Assembly (NCBI GenBank): GCA_036478295.1
Contig: JAZGDW010000177.1
Coordinates: forward strand, 1 to 38,036
Source of the DNA: Candidatus Krumholzibacteriia bacterium
Lineage (GTDB): Bacteria; Krumholzibacteriota; Krumholzibacteriia; WVZY01
Length of the DNA stretch: 38,036 nucleotides
Direction: 5' to 3'
The position numbers and the translations under genes were made by a program. Below, in pieces: positions 1 to 8,693 of the stretch; the first letter of the stretch is position 1; every line of letters begins with the position of its first letter. A model generated the notes under the pieces. It had not been told where the DNA came from. It was given only the letters and a program-made list of their open reading frames with translations, and did no database searches.

Positions 1-1251
1 CAGGTAGCCGATGTTCAGCTGGGCCTCGATTTGCGGGGAGGGGTTATCGAATTCCTTGGTCAGTTTCAGGCACTCGAGGAGATCGTCCCTGGCCTGGTCC
101 ATCTCGCCGATGGCCAGATACGTCAACCCCCGGGCGCGGTACAGTACCGCGGTCACCGATGCATCGGGGTTGTCATCGAGCAGTTTCTTCGCGGCATCGA
201 ACTGCTCGAGCGCCTCGTTGTACCGTCCCACCAGCCGAAGATTGGTGCCGAGGTGGATGCAGGACACCGCTTGCTTGCCCGGTTGTTCGGTGGCCGCCGC
301 GATCTCGATCGCCTTGCGATACGATTGGTTGGCGCTGGCTGGCTGCCCCATGTGGGAATACAGATTGGCCACGGCGGTCAGGTTGTCGACCATGAGATCC
401 GCCCGGCCGGAAGCCTCCAGGATGGGCACGGCTTCCTCGAGATGGGTACGGGCTTTCAGCACTCGTCCCATCTGAGAGTACGTGTTACCGAGATAGGTCA
501 GGGACGTCCCCAAGCCGCCCAGGTCTTGCGTCTCGCGCCGCAGGGCGACTGCCTGCTGATAAAAATCAATGGCCGTCTTGTTGTCGCCTTTTTCCAGGTG
601 AGCACTGCCGAGGCCGTTGAGCGTCCGTCCTTCGAGGATGCGATCCTCTACCTCGCGCCGCGCCTGCAGTGCGTTCTTGTAGTGGCCGATGACCCCGTCC
701 AAATCGCCGGCGTACCAGTAGACCACGCCGAGGCTCCCGAAAATGACGGCGCCCGAGTGCTTGTCTCCGATCTCCTCGTAGATGGTCTTGGCCTGAAGAA
801 GCAACTGCTCGGATTTGGGAAGATCGTCGGCGTTGCGGGCTTCTGTCGCCTGCGCCTCGAGCTTTTTTGCTTCACCGCGCCGGGCACGCTCGGCATCACC
901 CCAGCCCTGGTACGCTTTCACCAGATCCAGCGGCGCGGTCGAGCCGGTCTTCTCCTTGTGGAGACGCGCCACCAACTCGGCGAACTCGACATTCTCCGTT
1001 TCGTCTTTCTTGTTGCCCGCGTCGCCGACTTCGATCGCTACATCAAGGAGTTTCCACACGACGGCACCCACCAGCACCGGGTGTTCACCGAGGTAGGTGG
1101 ACAGCGGTTCGTCGCCGCCATCCGTCCAGATCGACGCGGCTTCGCTAATGAAATTGGCAACGGGATCGTCCTGCGAAAGCGCAAGTGCAGGCACGAGAAG
1201 AATAGTCAGCAGTAACCCAGTGACGCGGCGGGCCATTGGGAATAACGGCAT
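1..1251 (-). CDS. Secreted tetratricopeptide-repeat protein, runs off the window start (possibly TPR-CHAT type)
   Basis: Absent from the ORF track because it has no stop in the window. Read manually: ATG at 1251 with GGAGG upstream, MPLFPMARRVTGLLLTILLVPALALSQD (signal peptide), then TPR-like helices (FGSLGVVYWYAGD, TLNGLGSAHLEKGD, SLTYLGNTYSQMG). A CHAT C-terminus is inference only. Confidence 0.8.
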   Translation of the reverse strand, partial: MPLFPMARRVTGLLLTILLVPALALSQDDPVANFISEAASIWTDGGDEPLSTYLGEHPVLVGAVVWKLLDVAIEVGDAGNKKDETENVEFAELVARLHKEKTGSTAPLDLVKAYQGWGDAERARRGEAKKLEAQATEARNADDLPKSEQLLLQAKTIYEEIGDKHSGAVIFGSLGVVYWYAGDLDGVIGHYKNALQARREVEDRILEGRTLNGLGSAHLEKGDNKTAIDFYQQAVALRRETQDLGGLGTSLTYLGNTYSQMGRVLKARTHLEEAVPILEASGRADLMVDNLTAVANLYSHMGQPASANQSYRKAIEIAAATEQPGKQAVSCIHLGTNLRLVGRYNEALEQFDAAKKLLDDNPDASVTAVLYRARGLTYLAIGEMDQARDDLLECLKLTKEFDNPSPQIEAQLNIGYL

Positions 1252-1401
1252 ATACAGGAACCCTCCCCCGAAGGTTGAATGAACCTGGCTGACCTGTGCT
1301 GGTCTCTACAAATCTATAGAAGTAAAAATCGTGCTCGCCGGCGGGAAAGCGGGTGGTGCTGCAGAAGGACGACGAAACGATACCCGGCTTCCCAAGCGGT
1401 T

Positions 1402-1430
1402 AGTATATCGTAAGATGGAGTAAGTGTAAA
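1402..1430 (-). promoter_or_regulatory. sigma70-type promoter for the TPR gene
   Basis: Minus strand TTTACA (1430..1425) - 17 nt - TATACT (1407..1402). Confidence 0.55.
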
Positions 1431-1700
1431 GTTTTTATTACACCTGTGCCTGACCTGCGCTGGGCCGGGTCGACCGCGGCCGCCGATGCTCCCTCGGGGA
1501 GGTGGCACCGGGCCGGGCGGCCCGGCAATCGACCTAGTTAGCCCAAAGCGCATAACCTGGTTATGTGATTTGTGTTACCCTCAGGGGGTCGCCAGGCCGA
1601 CGGCGGCACCTTGTCTCGCCGGCGCCGATACCCTATGCTGAGAACCTACCCCGAGGCTCCCCCGGAGCCCGCGTGACCTCGAAAAACCAAGGAGAAATGG

Positions 1701-2336
1701 ATGATTTCTTTTATTCCCGAGGAGATCCTGGCCTATACGGAGGACCACACCTCGCCCCCATCACAGCTCCTGGAAGACCTGGCCGCCAGGACCCGCGAGA
1801 AGACGCCCCAGCCGGAGATGCTAGTGGGCGGGGTCGAGGGTACCTTTCTCAAACTTCTCGTACGGTTACTCGACGCTCGCCGCGTCCTCGAGATCGGTAC
1901 GTTTACCGGATACAGCGCGCTCATGCTGGCGGAAGGCATGCGAGAAGGCGGTGAAGTCATCACGTGCGAAATCGATCGCAAGACGGCGGAGATCGCGCAG
2001 GAATATTGGGCTCAGAGTGAGCATGGCGGCAAGATCCGGCTCGAAATGGGCAACGCTGTCGAGACACTGACACGGCTCAAAGGTCCCTTCGACCTGGTTT
2101 TTATCGACGCGGACAAAGGGAATTATATAGAGTATTGGGAGGGATGCGTGCCGCTGGTGCGGCGGGGTGGGTTACTCCTCGCGGATAACGTTCTGTGGAG
2201 CGGGCGCGTGCTGGACCCCAGAGAAGCGGACGACCATGCCCTGGTCGCATTCAACCGGCATGTGCGAGACGACGCGCGGGTAGAAACGGTGATGCTGACC
2301 ATCCGCGACGGCATTACCATGGCGTGCAAACGCTAG
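1701..2336 (+). CDS. Class I SAM-dependent O-methyltransferase (caffeoyl-CoA OMT / Methyltransf_3 family)
   Basis: Motifs VLEIGTFTGYSAL, FDLVFIDADKGNY, ADNVLWSG, IRDG; AAGGAG RBS. Confidence 0.92.
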   Translation: MISFIPEEILAYTEDHTSPPSQLLEDLAARTREKTPQPEMLVGGVEGTFLKLLVRLLDARRVLEIGTFTGYSALMLAEGMREGGEVITCEIDRKTAEIAQEYWAQSEHGGKIRLEMGNAVETLTRLKGPFDLVFIDADKGNYIEYWEGCVPLVRRGGLLLADNVLWSGRVLDPREADDHALVAFNRHVRDDARVETVMLTIRDGITMACKR

Positions 2337-2412
2337 CGTTCACTTCGGCCGGCGATCGACCGGACGAAGGCTTGTTCAATCGCGACACCAACCAAAAATG
2401 CAAGGAGTTCCC

Positions 2413-3297
2413 ATGAAATCGATGGCGTTCGCCGTAGGCCTGGCGATGATCGTTGCCACCGCCCATCACGCGGTTGCGCAGAGCTGGAAAGTGTCCTCGG
2501 ATGTCCACCTTACGCTCACTCAGAATGCGTACAGTGATAACTGGGTGGGGGGTGAGTCGGGTTCAATGAGTTGGACCCTCACGTCGCTCACCGTGGCGGA
2601 GAAACAGGTACTGGCAACGGTGTTCAACCAGAATACACTCAAACTCTCCTACGGCCTGACCTACAATCAGAACCCGCAGACGGACAAGTGGGGTTCCGGC
2701 GATAAGTCGACCGACCTGATCGACCTCGAATCCACGTACCGTATTACCCTGGGCACGTTCGTCGAGCCGATCGTCGCGTTCCGCGTCATCACCCAGTTCC
2801 TCGATCAGAGTGATCCCACGAAGGACCGCTGGATCAACCCGCTGGACCTGACCGAGAGCGTGGGGGGAGCAAAGGTGTTCATCAAGGATGAGGAGCGGCA
2901 GTGGCAGACACGGCTCGGCATCGCGGCCCGGCAGATTATCGACCGCGACTTGCTCGATCCCTTGAGCGGCACCCGGAGCACCGAGACGGAAATCTCTGTC
3001 GGGGTCGAGCTGGTCAACGATCTGACGACCCCCATCTCGGAAGACCGCATTCTGCTCACCAGCAAGCTCACCGTTTTTCAGGGGTTCTTCTCTACGGCCA
3101 GGGACGATTTCAGGGGCACGCCCCAGGAAGACGATTGGAAGTACCCGGATATCAATTTCGAAAATATTTTCTCCGCGTCCATCACCCGGCATATCGAGGT
3201 CAATCTCTATGTCCAACTGCTCTTCGACCGCCAGATCGATCGGGGGGTTCGATTCAAGCAAACTCTTTCGCTCGCCCTGGCGTATAACTTATTGTAG
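2413..3297 (+). CDS. DUF3078-like exported, putative outer-membrane beta-barrel protein
   Basis: AAGGAG RBS before ATG 2413; signal peptide (…AVA|QSW); TQNAYSDNWVGGE, KSTD and KQTLSLALAYNL resemble DUF3078; amphipathic beta strands. Confidence 0.7.
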   Translation: MKSMAFAVGLAMIVATAHHAVAQSWKVSSDVHLTLTQNAYSDNWVGGESGSMSWTLTSLTVAEKQVLATVFNQNTLKLSYGLTYNQNPQTDKWGSGDKSTDLIDLESTYRITLGTFVEPIVAFRVITQFLDQSDPTKDRWINPLDLTESVGGAKVFIKDEERQWQTRLGIAARQIIDRDLLDPLSGTRSTETEISVGVELVNDLTTPISEDRILLTSKLTVFQGFFSTARDDFRGTPQEDDWKYPDINFENIFSASITRHIEVNLYVQLLFDRQIDRGVRFKQTLSLALAYNLL

Positions 3298-3338
3298 GCG
3301 AATGGAGCGGGCGGCCCCGAGGACTACCCGCCCGATCG

Positions 3339-3457
3339 CCCACGACCGCGGCCCGATCGCTCACTGGGTACCGCGGCCAGATCACCCACGACCGCGGCCC
3401 GATCGCTCACTGGGTACCGCGGGCAGATCACCCACGACCATCGCCCGATCGCCCACT
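3339..3457. repeat. 46-bp direct tandem repeat, about 2.6 copies, intergenic
   Basis: CCCACGACCGCGGCCCGATCGCTCACTGGGTACCGCGG(C/G)CAGATCA at 3339-3384 and 3385-3430 (1 mismatch), then a degenerate partial copy from 3431. Confidence 0.9.
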
Positions 3458-3491
3458 CGCCGGGGTACACTGCCGGTCCTCGACGGGACAC

Positions 3492-3520
3492 TTGACAACC
3501 GCGCCCCCGTTACGTAACTT
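3492..3520 (+). promoter_or_regulatory. sigma70-type promoter for dsbD
   Basis: TTGACA (3492-3497) - 17 nt - TAACTT (3515-3520); palindrome GTTACGTAAC (3509-3518) overlaps the -10. Confidence 0.6.
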
Positions 3521-3546
3521 ATTTAACAACAAGAGAAAGGAACGTT

Positions 3547-5385
3547 TTGACAGCCGCACCTCGCAGAAAGTCGTTGGCCCTGCTCGTCACCCTTGTTCTC
3601 GGCGCCGTCGCGGGACCGACCCCGGCGCTGGAGCTCGATCTCATCGGCGAGCCGGTGTCGCTCGAGACCTACCGCTCGCTCAGTAGTGTGCCGCGGGGTG
3701 GGACGGTCGATGTTGCGGTGGCGCTGAAGCTCAAGGGCCACTGGCATGTCAACGCCCACCGTGTGAACGATGAGTTCCTGATCCCGACGAGTGTCGTGAT
3801 CGAAGCTCCAAAGGGTGTATCGGTCGACGGCATCGTCTACCCGGCCGCAGTCGAGAAGAAACTCTCGTTCTCTGAGAAACCACTGGCCCTCTACGAAGGA
3901 GAGGCCTTGATCGGGGTGAGATTAACCGTCTCTCCAGAGGTCGACACCGACGAGGTCACCGTGAACCTGACGGTGACCTACCAGGCGTGCGACAACGAGA
4001 AGTGCCTGGCGCCGGAGAACAAGACCCTCGCCGTGACGCTGCCCGTCTCGCCGCCGACCGAAGCGATCGATGCCACCCACACCGACGTTTTCGCCAGGAT
4101 CGATTTTTCATCGCTGGCCGCTTCCGCCGGAACGGGCGAGGGCAGCCGGCTCGGCTCGATCATCGGCAGCCAGGGTTTGCTGGTCGCGTTTCTGCTCGTG
4201 TTCGTCTGGGGCCTGGCGCTCAACCTGACTCCCTGCGTTTACCCGATTATCCCCATTACCATCGGTTATTTCGGCAGCCAGAGCGGTGGCAGGACATCGC
4301 GTACCCTCCTGCTCGCCGTGTTGTACGTGCTGGGCATGGCCACGACGTACTCTACACTTGGGCTCATCGCCGCCTTGACGGGGAGCATTCTCGGCTCGGC
4401 GCTGCAGAATCCTTTTGTGGTGTCGTTCGTCGCGCTGGTCATGGTTGGCCTGGCGATGTCGATGTTCGGCGCCTACGATATCAAGGTGCCGGCGCGGCTG
4501 AGCAACCTGGCCGGTTCGTCATCGTCGAAACAGGGGGTGCTCGGCGCGTTTCTCATGGGTTTGACGGTGGGAATCGTAGCCGCTCCGTGCATCGGACCGT
4601 TTGTCCTGGCCCTTCTCACGTTCGTGGGCGAGAGCGCGAATCCCCTCCTGGGATTCTGGCTCTTCTTCACTCTGGCCCTCGGGCTCGGCCTTCCGTTCAT
4701 ATTTCTGGCCGTCTTGTCGAGTAGCATCACACGGCTGCCCAAATCCGGTGAGTGGATGGAGTGGGTCAAGAAGCTGTTCGGCATGGTCCTCGTGGGTATG
4801 GCCATCTTCTTTCTCCAGCCCCTGATCGGTGACCCGGTCTACTGGGCGCTGACCGGGGTTCTTTTCGTGACGGGTGGTATCATGCTCGGATTCCTCAAAA
4901 AAACGCAGACTACCGCGCTGTTCTTCGTGGTCTTCAAGCGCTTCGTGGGAATCGCCGCCCCGCTTTTCGGGCTATACTTGATTCTCACGCCAGGGCACAT
5001 CATCGCAAGGGGGGGCGTGGGCGGCATCGACTGGAACGCATACGACAACCGCCTGCTCACGGAAGCGAGCCGGAATGATCAATACGTGCTCATCGATTTC
5101 GCGGCCGAGTGGTGCCTTCCCTGCAAGGAACTGGACCACAAGACCTTCTCGCAGCCCGAAGTGGTCGATGCTACCTCGGAATTCGTCCTCCTCAAGGCGG
5201 ACTTGACCCAGAGTGCATCGAAAGAGGTCGCAGACCTGCGAAAGAAGTTCTCGATAAGGGGCGTTCCTACCATCGTTTTCATGGACCCGGACGGCAAAGA
5301 GCGCCTCGATCTAAGGGTCCTCGGCTTTGTCGACAAGACGGAATTCCTGCGGCGCATCGATGAGCTGAAGAACGGGTCCTCCTGA
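3547..5385 (+). CDS. dsbD: Thiol:disulfide interchange protein DsbD (three-domain)
   Basis: TTG start after AAAGGA; signal peptide; N-domain YQACDNEKCLAP; TM domain LTPCVYPIIP and AAPCIGP; C-terminal thioredoxin DFAAEWCLPCK. Confidence 0.92.
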   Translation: MTAAPRRKSLALLVTLVLGAVAGPTPALELDLIGEPVSLETYRSLSSVPRGGTVDVAVALKLKGHWHVNAHRVNDEFLIPTSVVIEAPKGVSVDGIVYPAAVEKKLSFSEKPLALYEGEALIGVRLTVSPEVDTDEVTVNLTVTYQACDNEKCLAPENKTLAVTLPVSPPTEAIDATHTDVFARIDFSSLAASAGTGEGSRLGSIIGSQGLLVAFLLVFVWGLALNLTPCVYPIIPITIGYFGSQSGGRTSRTLLLAVLYVLGMATTYSTLGLIAALTGSILGSALQNPFVVSFVALVMVGLAMSMFGAYDIKVPARLSNLAGSSSSKQGVLGAFLMGLTVGIVAAPCIGPFVLALLTFVGESANPLLGFWLFFTLALGLGLPFIFLAVLSSSITRLPKSGEWMEWVKKLFGMVLVGMAIFFLQPLIGDPVYWALTGVLFVTGGIMLGFLKKTQTTALFFVVFKRFVGIAAPLFGLYLILTPGHIIARGGVGGIDWNAYDNRLLTEASRNDQYVLIDFAAEWCLPCKELDHKTFSQPEVVDATSEFVLLKADLTQSASKEVADLRKKFSIRGVPTIVFMDPDGKERLDLRVLGFVDKTEFLRRIDELKNGSS

Positions 5386-5436
5386 GCACCGATTTTGCCC
5401 GTGACACCTCCACCGGCCAACGACTATATTTGAAGC

Positions 5437-6294
5437 ATGAAGATCGTGAGTTTTGGACCCAAGGGGCACGAAAAACCCGGTGTCATCACCGGCGACCGCG
5501 TGATCGATCTCGTCGCGGCCAACCCGGCAATTCCTTCGACGGTAAGAAAAATTCTCGAGGTGGGAGCACTGCCGCGATTGGAGACGGTGCTCAAGAAAAA
5601 ATCGGCGTTGCCCGCAAAGTGTTTTAAGCGGTTGAAGGACGTCCGCCTTGGTCCACCGGTTACCGATCCCAGCAAGATCATCTGCGTGGGTCTCAACTAC
5701 AAGGGCCACGCCGAGGAACAGGAAAAAGAAGTGCCCGACTGGCCGCTGACGTTTGGAAAGGCGCCCAGCGCATTGATCGGACACGGTGACCCGATCCCCC
5801 TGCCGACCGGGGTCATGCAGCTCGATCACGAGGTCGAGCTCGCCATCATCATCGGCAAACGTGCGAAGGATGTGTCGCTGGACGCGGCGCCGAGGCACAT
5901 CGCCGGTTACGCAGTGTTCATGGATATCAGCGCTCGCGACGTCCAGTTTCGCGAGAAACAGTGGTTCCGGGCCAAGAGCTTCGACGGCTTCGGACCCATC
6001 GGCCCCAGTCTCACAACCGTCGACGAGGTTCCCGACCCGCAGGCTCTTGCGATTTCACTCGAGGTCAATGGCAAGACACGCCAGTCAAGCAGTACCGGCG
6101 ACATGACGTTCAGGGTGTTCTACCTGGTGCATTACATGTCGCACAGCATGACGCTGGAACCCGGGGATATCATTGCGACGGGGACTCCCGCCGGTGTTGG
6201 AGTGTTTGCGACGCCGCAGCGTTTCTTGCAAGAGGGTGACGTGCTGACGGCCACGATTGCCAAACTGGGAACGCTAACCAACCCGGTCGTGTAG
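5437..6294 (+). CDS. Fumarylacetoacetate hydrolase family protein
   Basis: KIICVGLNY, DHEVELA, DISARD, KSFDGFGPIGP, LEPGDIIATGTPAGVG. Confidence 0.93.
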   Translation: MKIVSFGPKGHEKPGVITGDRVIDLVAANPAIPSTVRKILEVGALPRLETVLKKKSALPAKCFKRLKDVRLGPPVTDPSKIICVGLNYKGHAEEQEKEVPDWPLTFGKAPSALIGHGDPIPLPTGVMQLDHEVELAIIIGKRAKDVSLDAAPRHIAGYAVFMDISARDVQFREKQWFRAKSFDGFGPIGPSLTTVDEVPDPQALAISLEVNGKTRQSSSTGDMTFRVFYLVHYMSHSMTLEPGDIIATGTPAGVGVFATPQRFLQEGDVLTATIAKLGTLTNPVV

Positions 6295-6315
6295 TCGGCC
6301 CGGTAGCCCATCGGT

Positions 6316-7587
6316 TTGTTCGTGAACGACACCGCTCCAGGAAATCGCCGCAGGATCCTTGTCCTCTCGCCCTGGAAGCGCCAGAGATCGCTTGGAAAGG
6401 GAGCCGGCGTCGCAGACGACTACCGGTTTTGCAAGCGGCTCACCGAGAACGGTTTCGAGCTGCATTTCCTCTCGCCGCGGAGCAGAGTTGCACCGGAATT
6501 CTCTTTCGAGAACCATGTCAGTCATACCTTCCCGAATTTCTTCGACGCGACGAGAACGTGGCCGACCTTCCTGCGAAGGATCCTGTGGCCATTGCTGTTC
6601 AACGTTATCGTAATCCCGCGTGCTCTCTCAATCGCCAGGCGCATCCGCCCCCATTTCGTCCTCGGCCATTCCCACTACGGATCGCTGGCGAGCTACCTGG
6701 TCAGGGAGTTCTTCCAGGTGCCCTCGGCGGTAAAGCTCTTCGGCGTTATGGACCTGGTCCACACCGAATGGCCCCGCAGACGGTATTTGCTGAAAAACCT
6801 CGAACAGATCATGGCGCTGAAGATCCCGCAGGATGCCTGGATTATCCTGGACGACGGGACGCGGGGAGACGAGGCCGCCATCCGCCACGGGGTGGCCAGG
6901 GAGAGAATCCACTTCCTTCCCAACGGTATCAACGTGGAGTGGGCGAACGGATCCTACGACGGCGAAAAGGTCCGGCAAGAGTTCGGTATTCCCGCGGAGG
7001 CGCAAGTGGTGCTGTTTCTGGGAAGGTTGGTCGACTGGAAGCGTCCGGAAACGATCCTGCGGGCAGCCCCGTCAATATTACACCGCGCGCGCGGTCGGGT
7101 GATTTTCCTCATCGTCGGGGACGGGCCCGAACGCAAGCGCTGCGAGTTGCTGGCGGGGGAACTCGGCGTGGCCGGGGACGTCGTGTTCGCCGGCGCCCAG
7201 CTGCACGAGCGCGTTCCGGAAATAATGGCGGCAACCGACGTCCTGGTAGCCACGGGCGGCGTGTCCAATATGGCGATCCCGACCTGCGAGGCACTCGTCT
7301 GCGGTGTAGCCGTAGCCGCCTTCGACACCGGCAACACGGGTAGCGTCATCAAGGACGGTAAAACCGGGCGATTGGTTCCCGACGGTGACGTGGACGCCCT
7401 CGCGGAGGCTGTTGCCGATCTCCTCAATAACGACGAAACGCGCCGGGCAATAAGCCGGCGCGCACGTGAATTCGCCTGCAACAACTTCACCGGGTGGGAC
7501 GAGCGGGTCGATATGGAAATCGAGTTGATCTTGAGCTTGATCGAACGCCGCGGCACCCACCGCCTCGGAGCTAAGCCCGTTCCTTGA
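6316..7587 (+). CDS. Glycosyltransferase family 4 (GT-B)
   Basis: LPNGIN, FLGRLVDWKRP, IVGDGPER, GKTGRLVPDGDVDALAEA. Start could be GTG 6322. Confidence 0.88.
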   Translation: MFVNDTAPGNRRRILVLSPWKRQRSLGKGAGVADDYRFCKRLTENGFELHFLSPRSRVAPEFSFENHVSHTFPNFFDATRTWPTFLRRILWPLLFNVIVIPRALSIARRIRPHFVLGHSHYGSLASYLVREFFQVPSAVKLFGVMDLVHTEWPRRRYLLKNLEQIMALKIPQDAWIILDDGTRGDEAAIRHGVARERIHFLPNGINVEWANGSYDGEKVRQEFGIPAEAQVVLFLGRLVDWKRPETILRAAPSILHRARGRVIFLIVGDGPERKRCELLAGELGVAGDVVFAGAQLHERVPEIMAATDVLVATGGVSNMAIPTCEALVCGVAVAAFDTGNTGSVIKDGKTGRLVPDGDVDALAEAVADLLNNDETRRAISRRAREFACNNFTGWDERVDMEIELILSLIERRGTHRLGAKPVP

Positions 7588-8650
7588 GCAGCTCGGCGAC
7601 CGCTTTCTCGAGATCCCTGCCGCGCAACGAGCGGTAACGAACCTTGCCTTGGCGGTCGATCAGATACGTCGTCGGAATCGAACGCACCTTGTACTTTGCC
7701 GCAACACTATTGTTCCATCCAGCGCCGTCGAAGTACTGCGGCCATTCCATGCCGCTGCTCTTGATATATCTCTGCATGGCGGAGCGGTCGCTGTCGAGCG
7801 AGATCCCAATAATCTCGAAGCCTTTGTCCCGGTACTTCTTGTGGACGCTGACCACGTTCGGCATCTCCACGCGGCACGGCCCGCACCACGTGGCCCAGAA
7901 ATCGAGGAGCACGACCTTGCCCCGGTACTTCTCCAGCGAAAGCTCCCGGCCGTCGATCCCCTTGACGTCGAAGGGAATCGGGTCGCCTCCGATCGCGAGC
8001 TTTTTCAGCGTGTCCAGGTCGCTGAGACTCATGGTAACCGACGCGAGGAGTTGCCGGTTCAGGCTGCTGTACTGGTCGACGAAAATCTCGAAGTGTTTCT
8101 TGGCCTTTTTGAACCGATCCGCTTTTTTGTAGGACTCGCCCAGGTAGTAATGGGCATAACCGACTTTGTCGCTTTTCTCGCCTCCGCTCGCATCAACAAA
8201 CGCGTTCATGTACTCGATTGAACGCTTTGACCTCTGAAGCGCGTAGTAGAGCGTCCCCAGTTGAAATCTGGCGTCGTTGCCCTCGGTCGTGTTCGGGTAC
8301 TCGCCCACGAAACCTACGAGCAGGGTTTCCATCTCTCCGATCGATTTCATCGCCGCCTGCTGCGAGGTCGCACTGGAGGCTGCCTTCTCCAACTCCCTGA
8401 CCTTCGCTAGCACGGCGTCGTACGCGCTGATGCTGGCACTGTTGCCGGCGGACGCCTCGGACGTCTGCGCCGTCTCGACCGGAGTCTCCACGGACGTTGC
8501 CGTCGCTTTGGTCTCGTCGGCCGTCGTCGCCACCTCGGTCTTGTCGGCCGTCGTCGCCGCTTCGGTCTCATTGGACCGCTGGCCGCACGCCGTCGCAAAA
8601 AGCGTGGCTGCGAGAGCCATACCGATGATCAATCTGAGCGTGATGTTCAT
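7571..8650 (-). CDS. TlpA/ResA-family thiol-disulfide oxidoreductase lipoprotein with a TPR-like region
   Basis: Lipobox-like …LFATA|C; Thr/Ala/Glu-rich linker; TPR-like helices (ARFQLGTLYY, AHYYLGESY); GKVVLLDFWATWCGPC; IPTTYLIDRQG. Confidence 0.9.
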   Translation of the reverse strand: MNITLRLIIGMALAATLFATACGQRSNETEAATTADKTEVATTADETKATATSVETPVETAQTSEASAGNSASISAYDAVLAKVRELEKAASSATSQQAAMKSIGEMETLLVGFVGEYPNTTEGNDARFQLGTLYYALQRSKRSIEYMNAFVDASGGEKSDKVGYAHYYLGESYKKADRFKKAKKHFEIFVDQYSSLNRQLLASVTMSLSDLDTLKKLAIGGDPIPFDVKGIDGRELSLEKYRGKVVLLDFWATWCGPCRVEMPNVVSVHKKYRDKGFEIIGISLDSDRSAMQRYIKSSGMEWPQYFDGAGWNNSVAAKYKVRSIPTTYLIDRQGKVRYRSLRGRDLEKAVAELLKERA

Positions 8651-8693
8651 GCTGAAACCCTCTTGGCTGTGATAATCCCTAAGGCAGTCGCCG

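Noticed and set aside
31..1215. 394-aa plus-strand ORF
   Set aside because: Antisense shadow of the TPR gene, which has an RBS, signal peptide, promoter and recognisable repeats.
3339..3457. Possible CRISPR array
   Set aside because: Units are contiguous with no unique spacers, and there are no cas genes.
8400..8580. Short repeats in TlpA (TEAATTADK/TEVATTADE), and similar ones in the HEAT protein C-terminus
   Set aside because: Ordinary low-complexity linkers.
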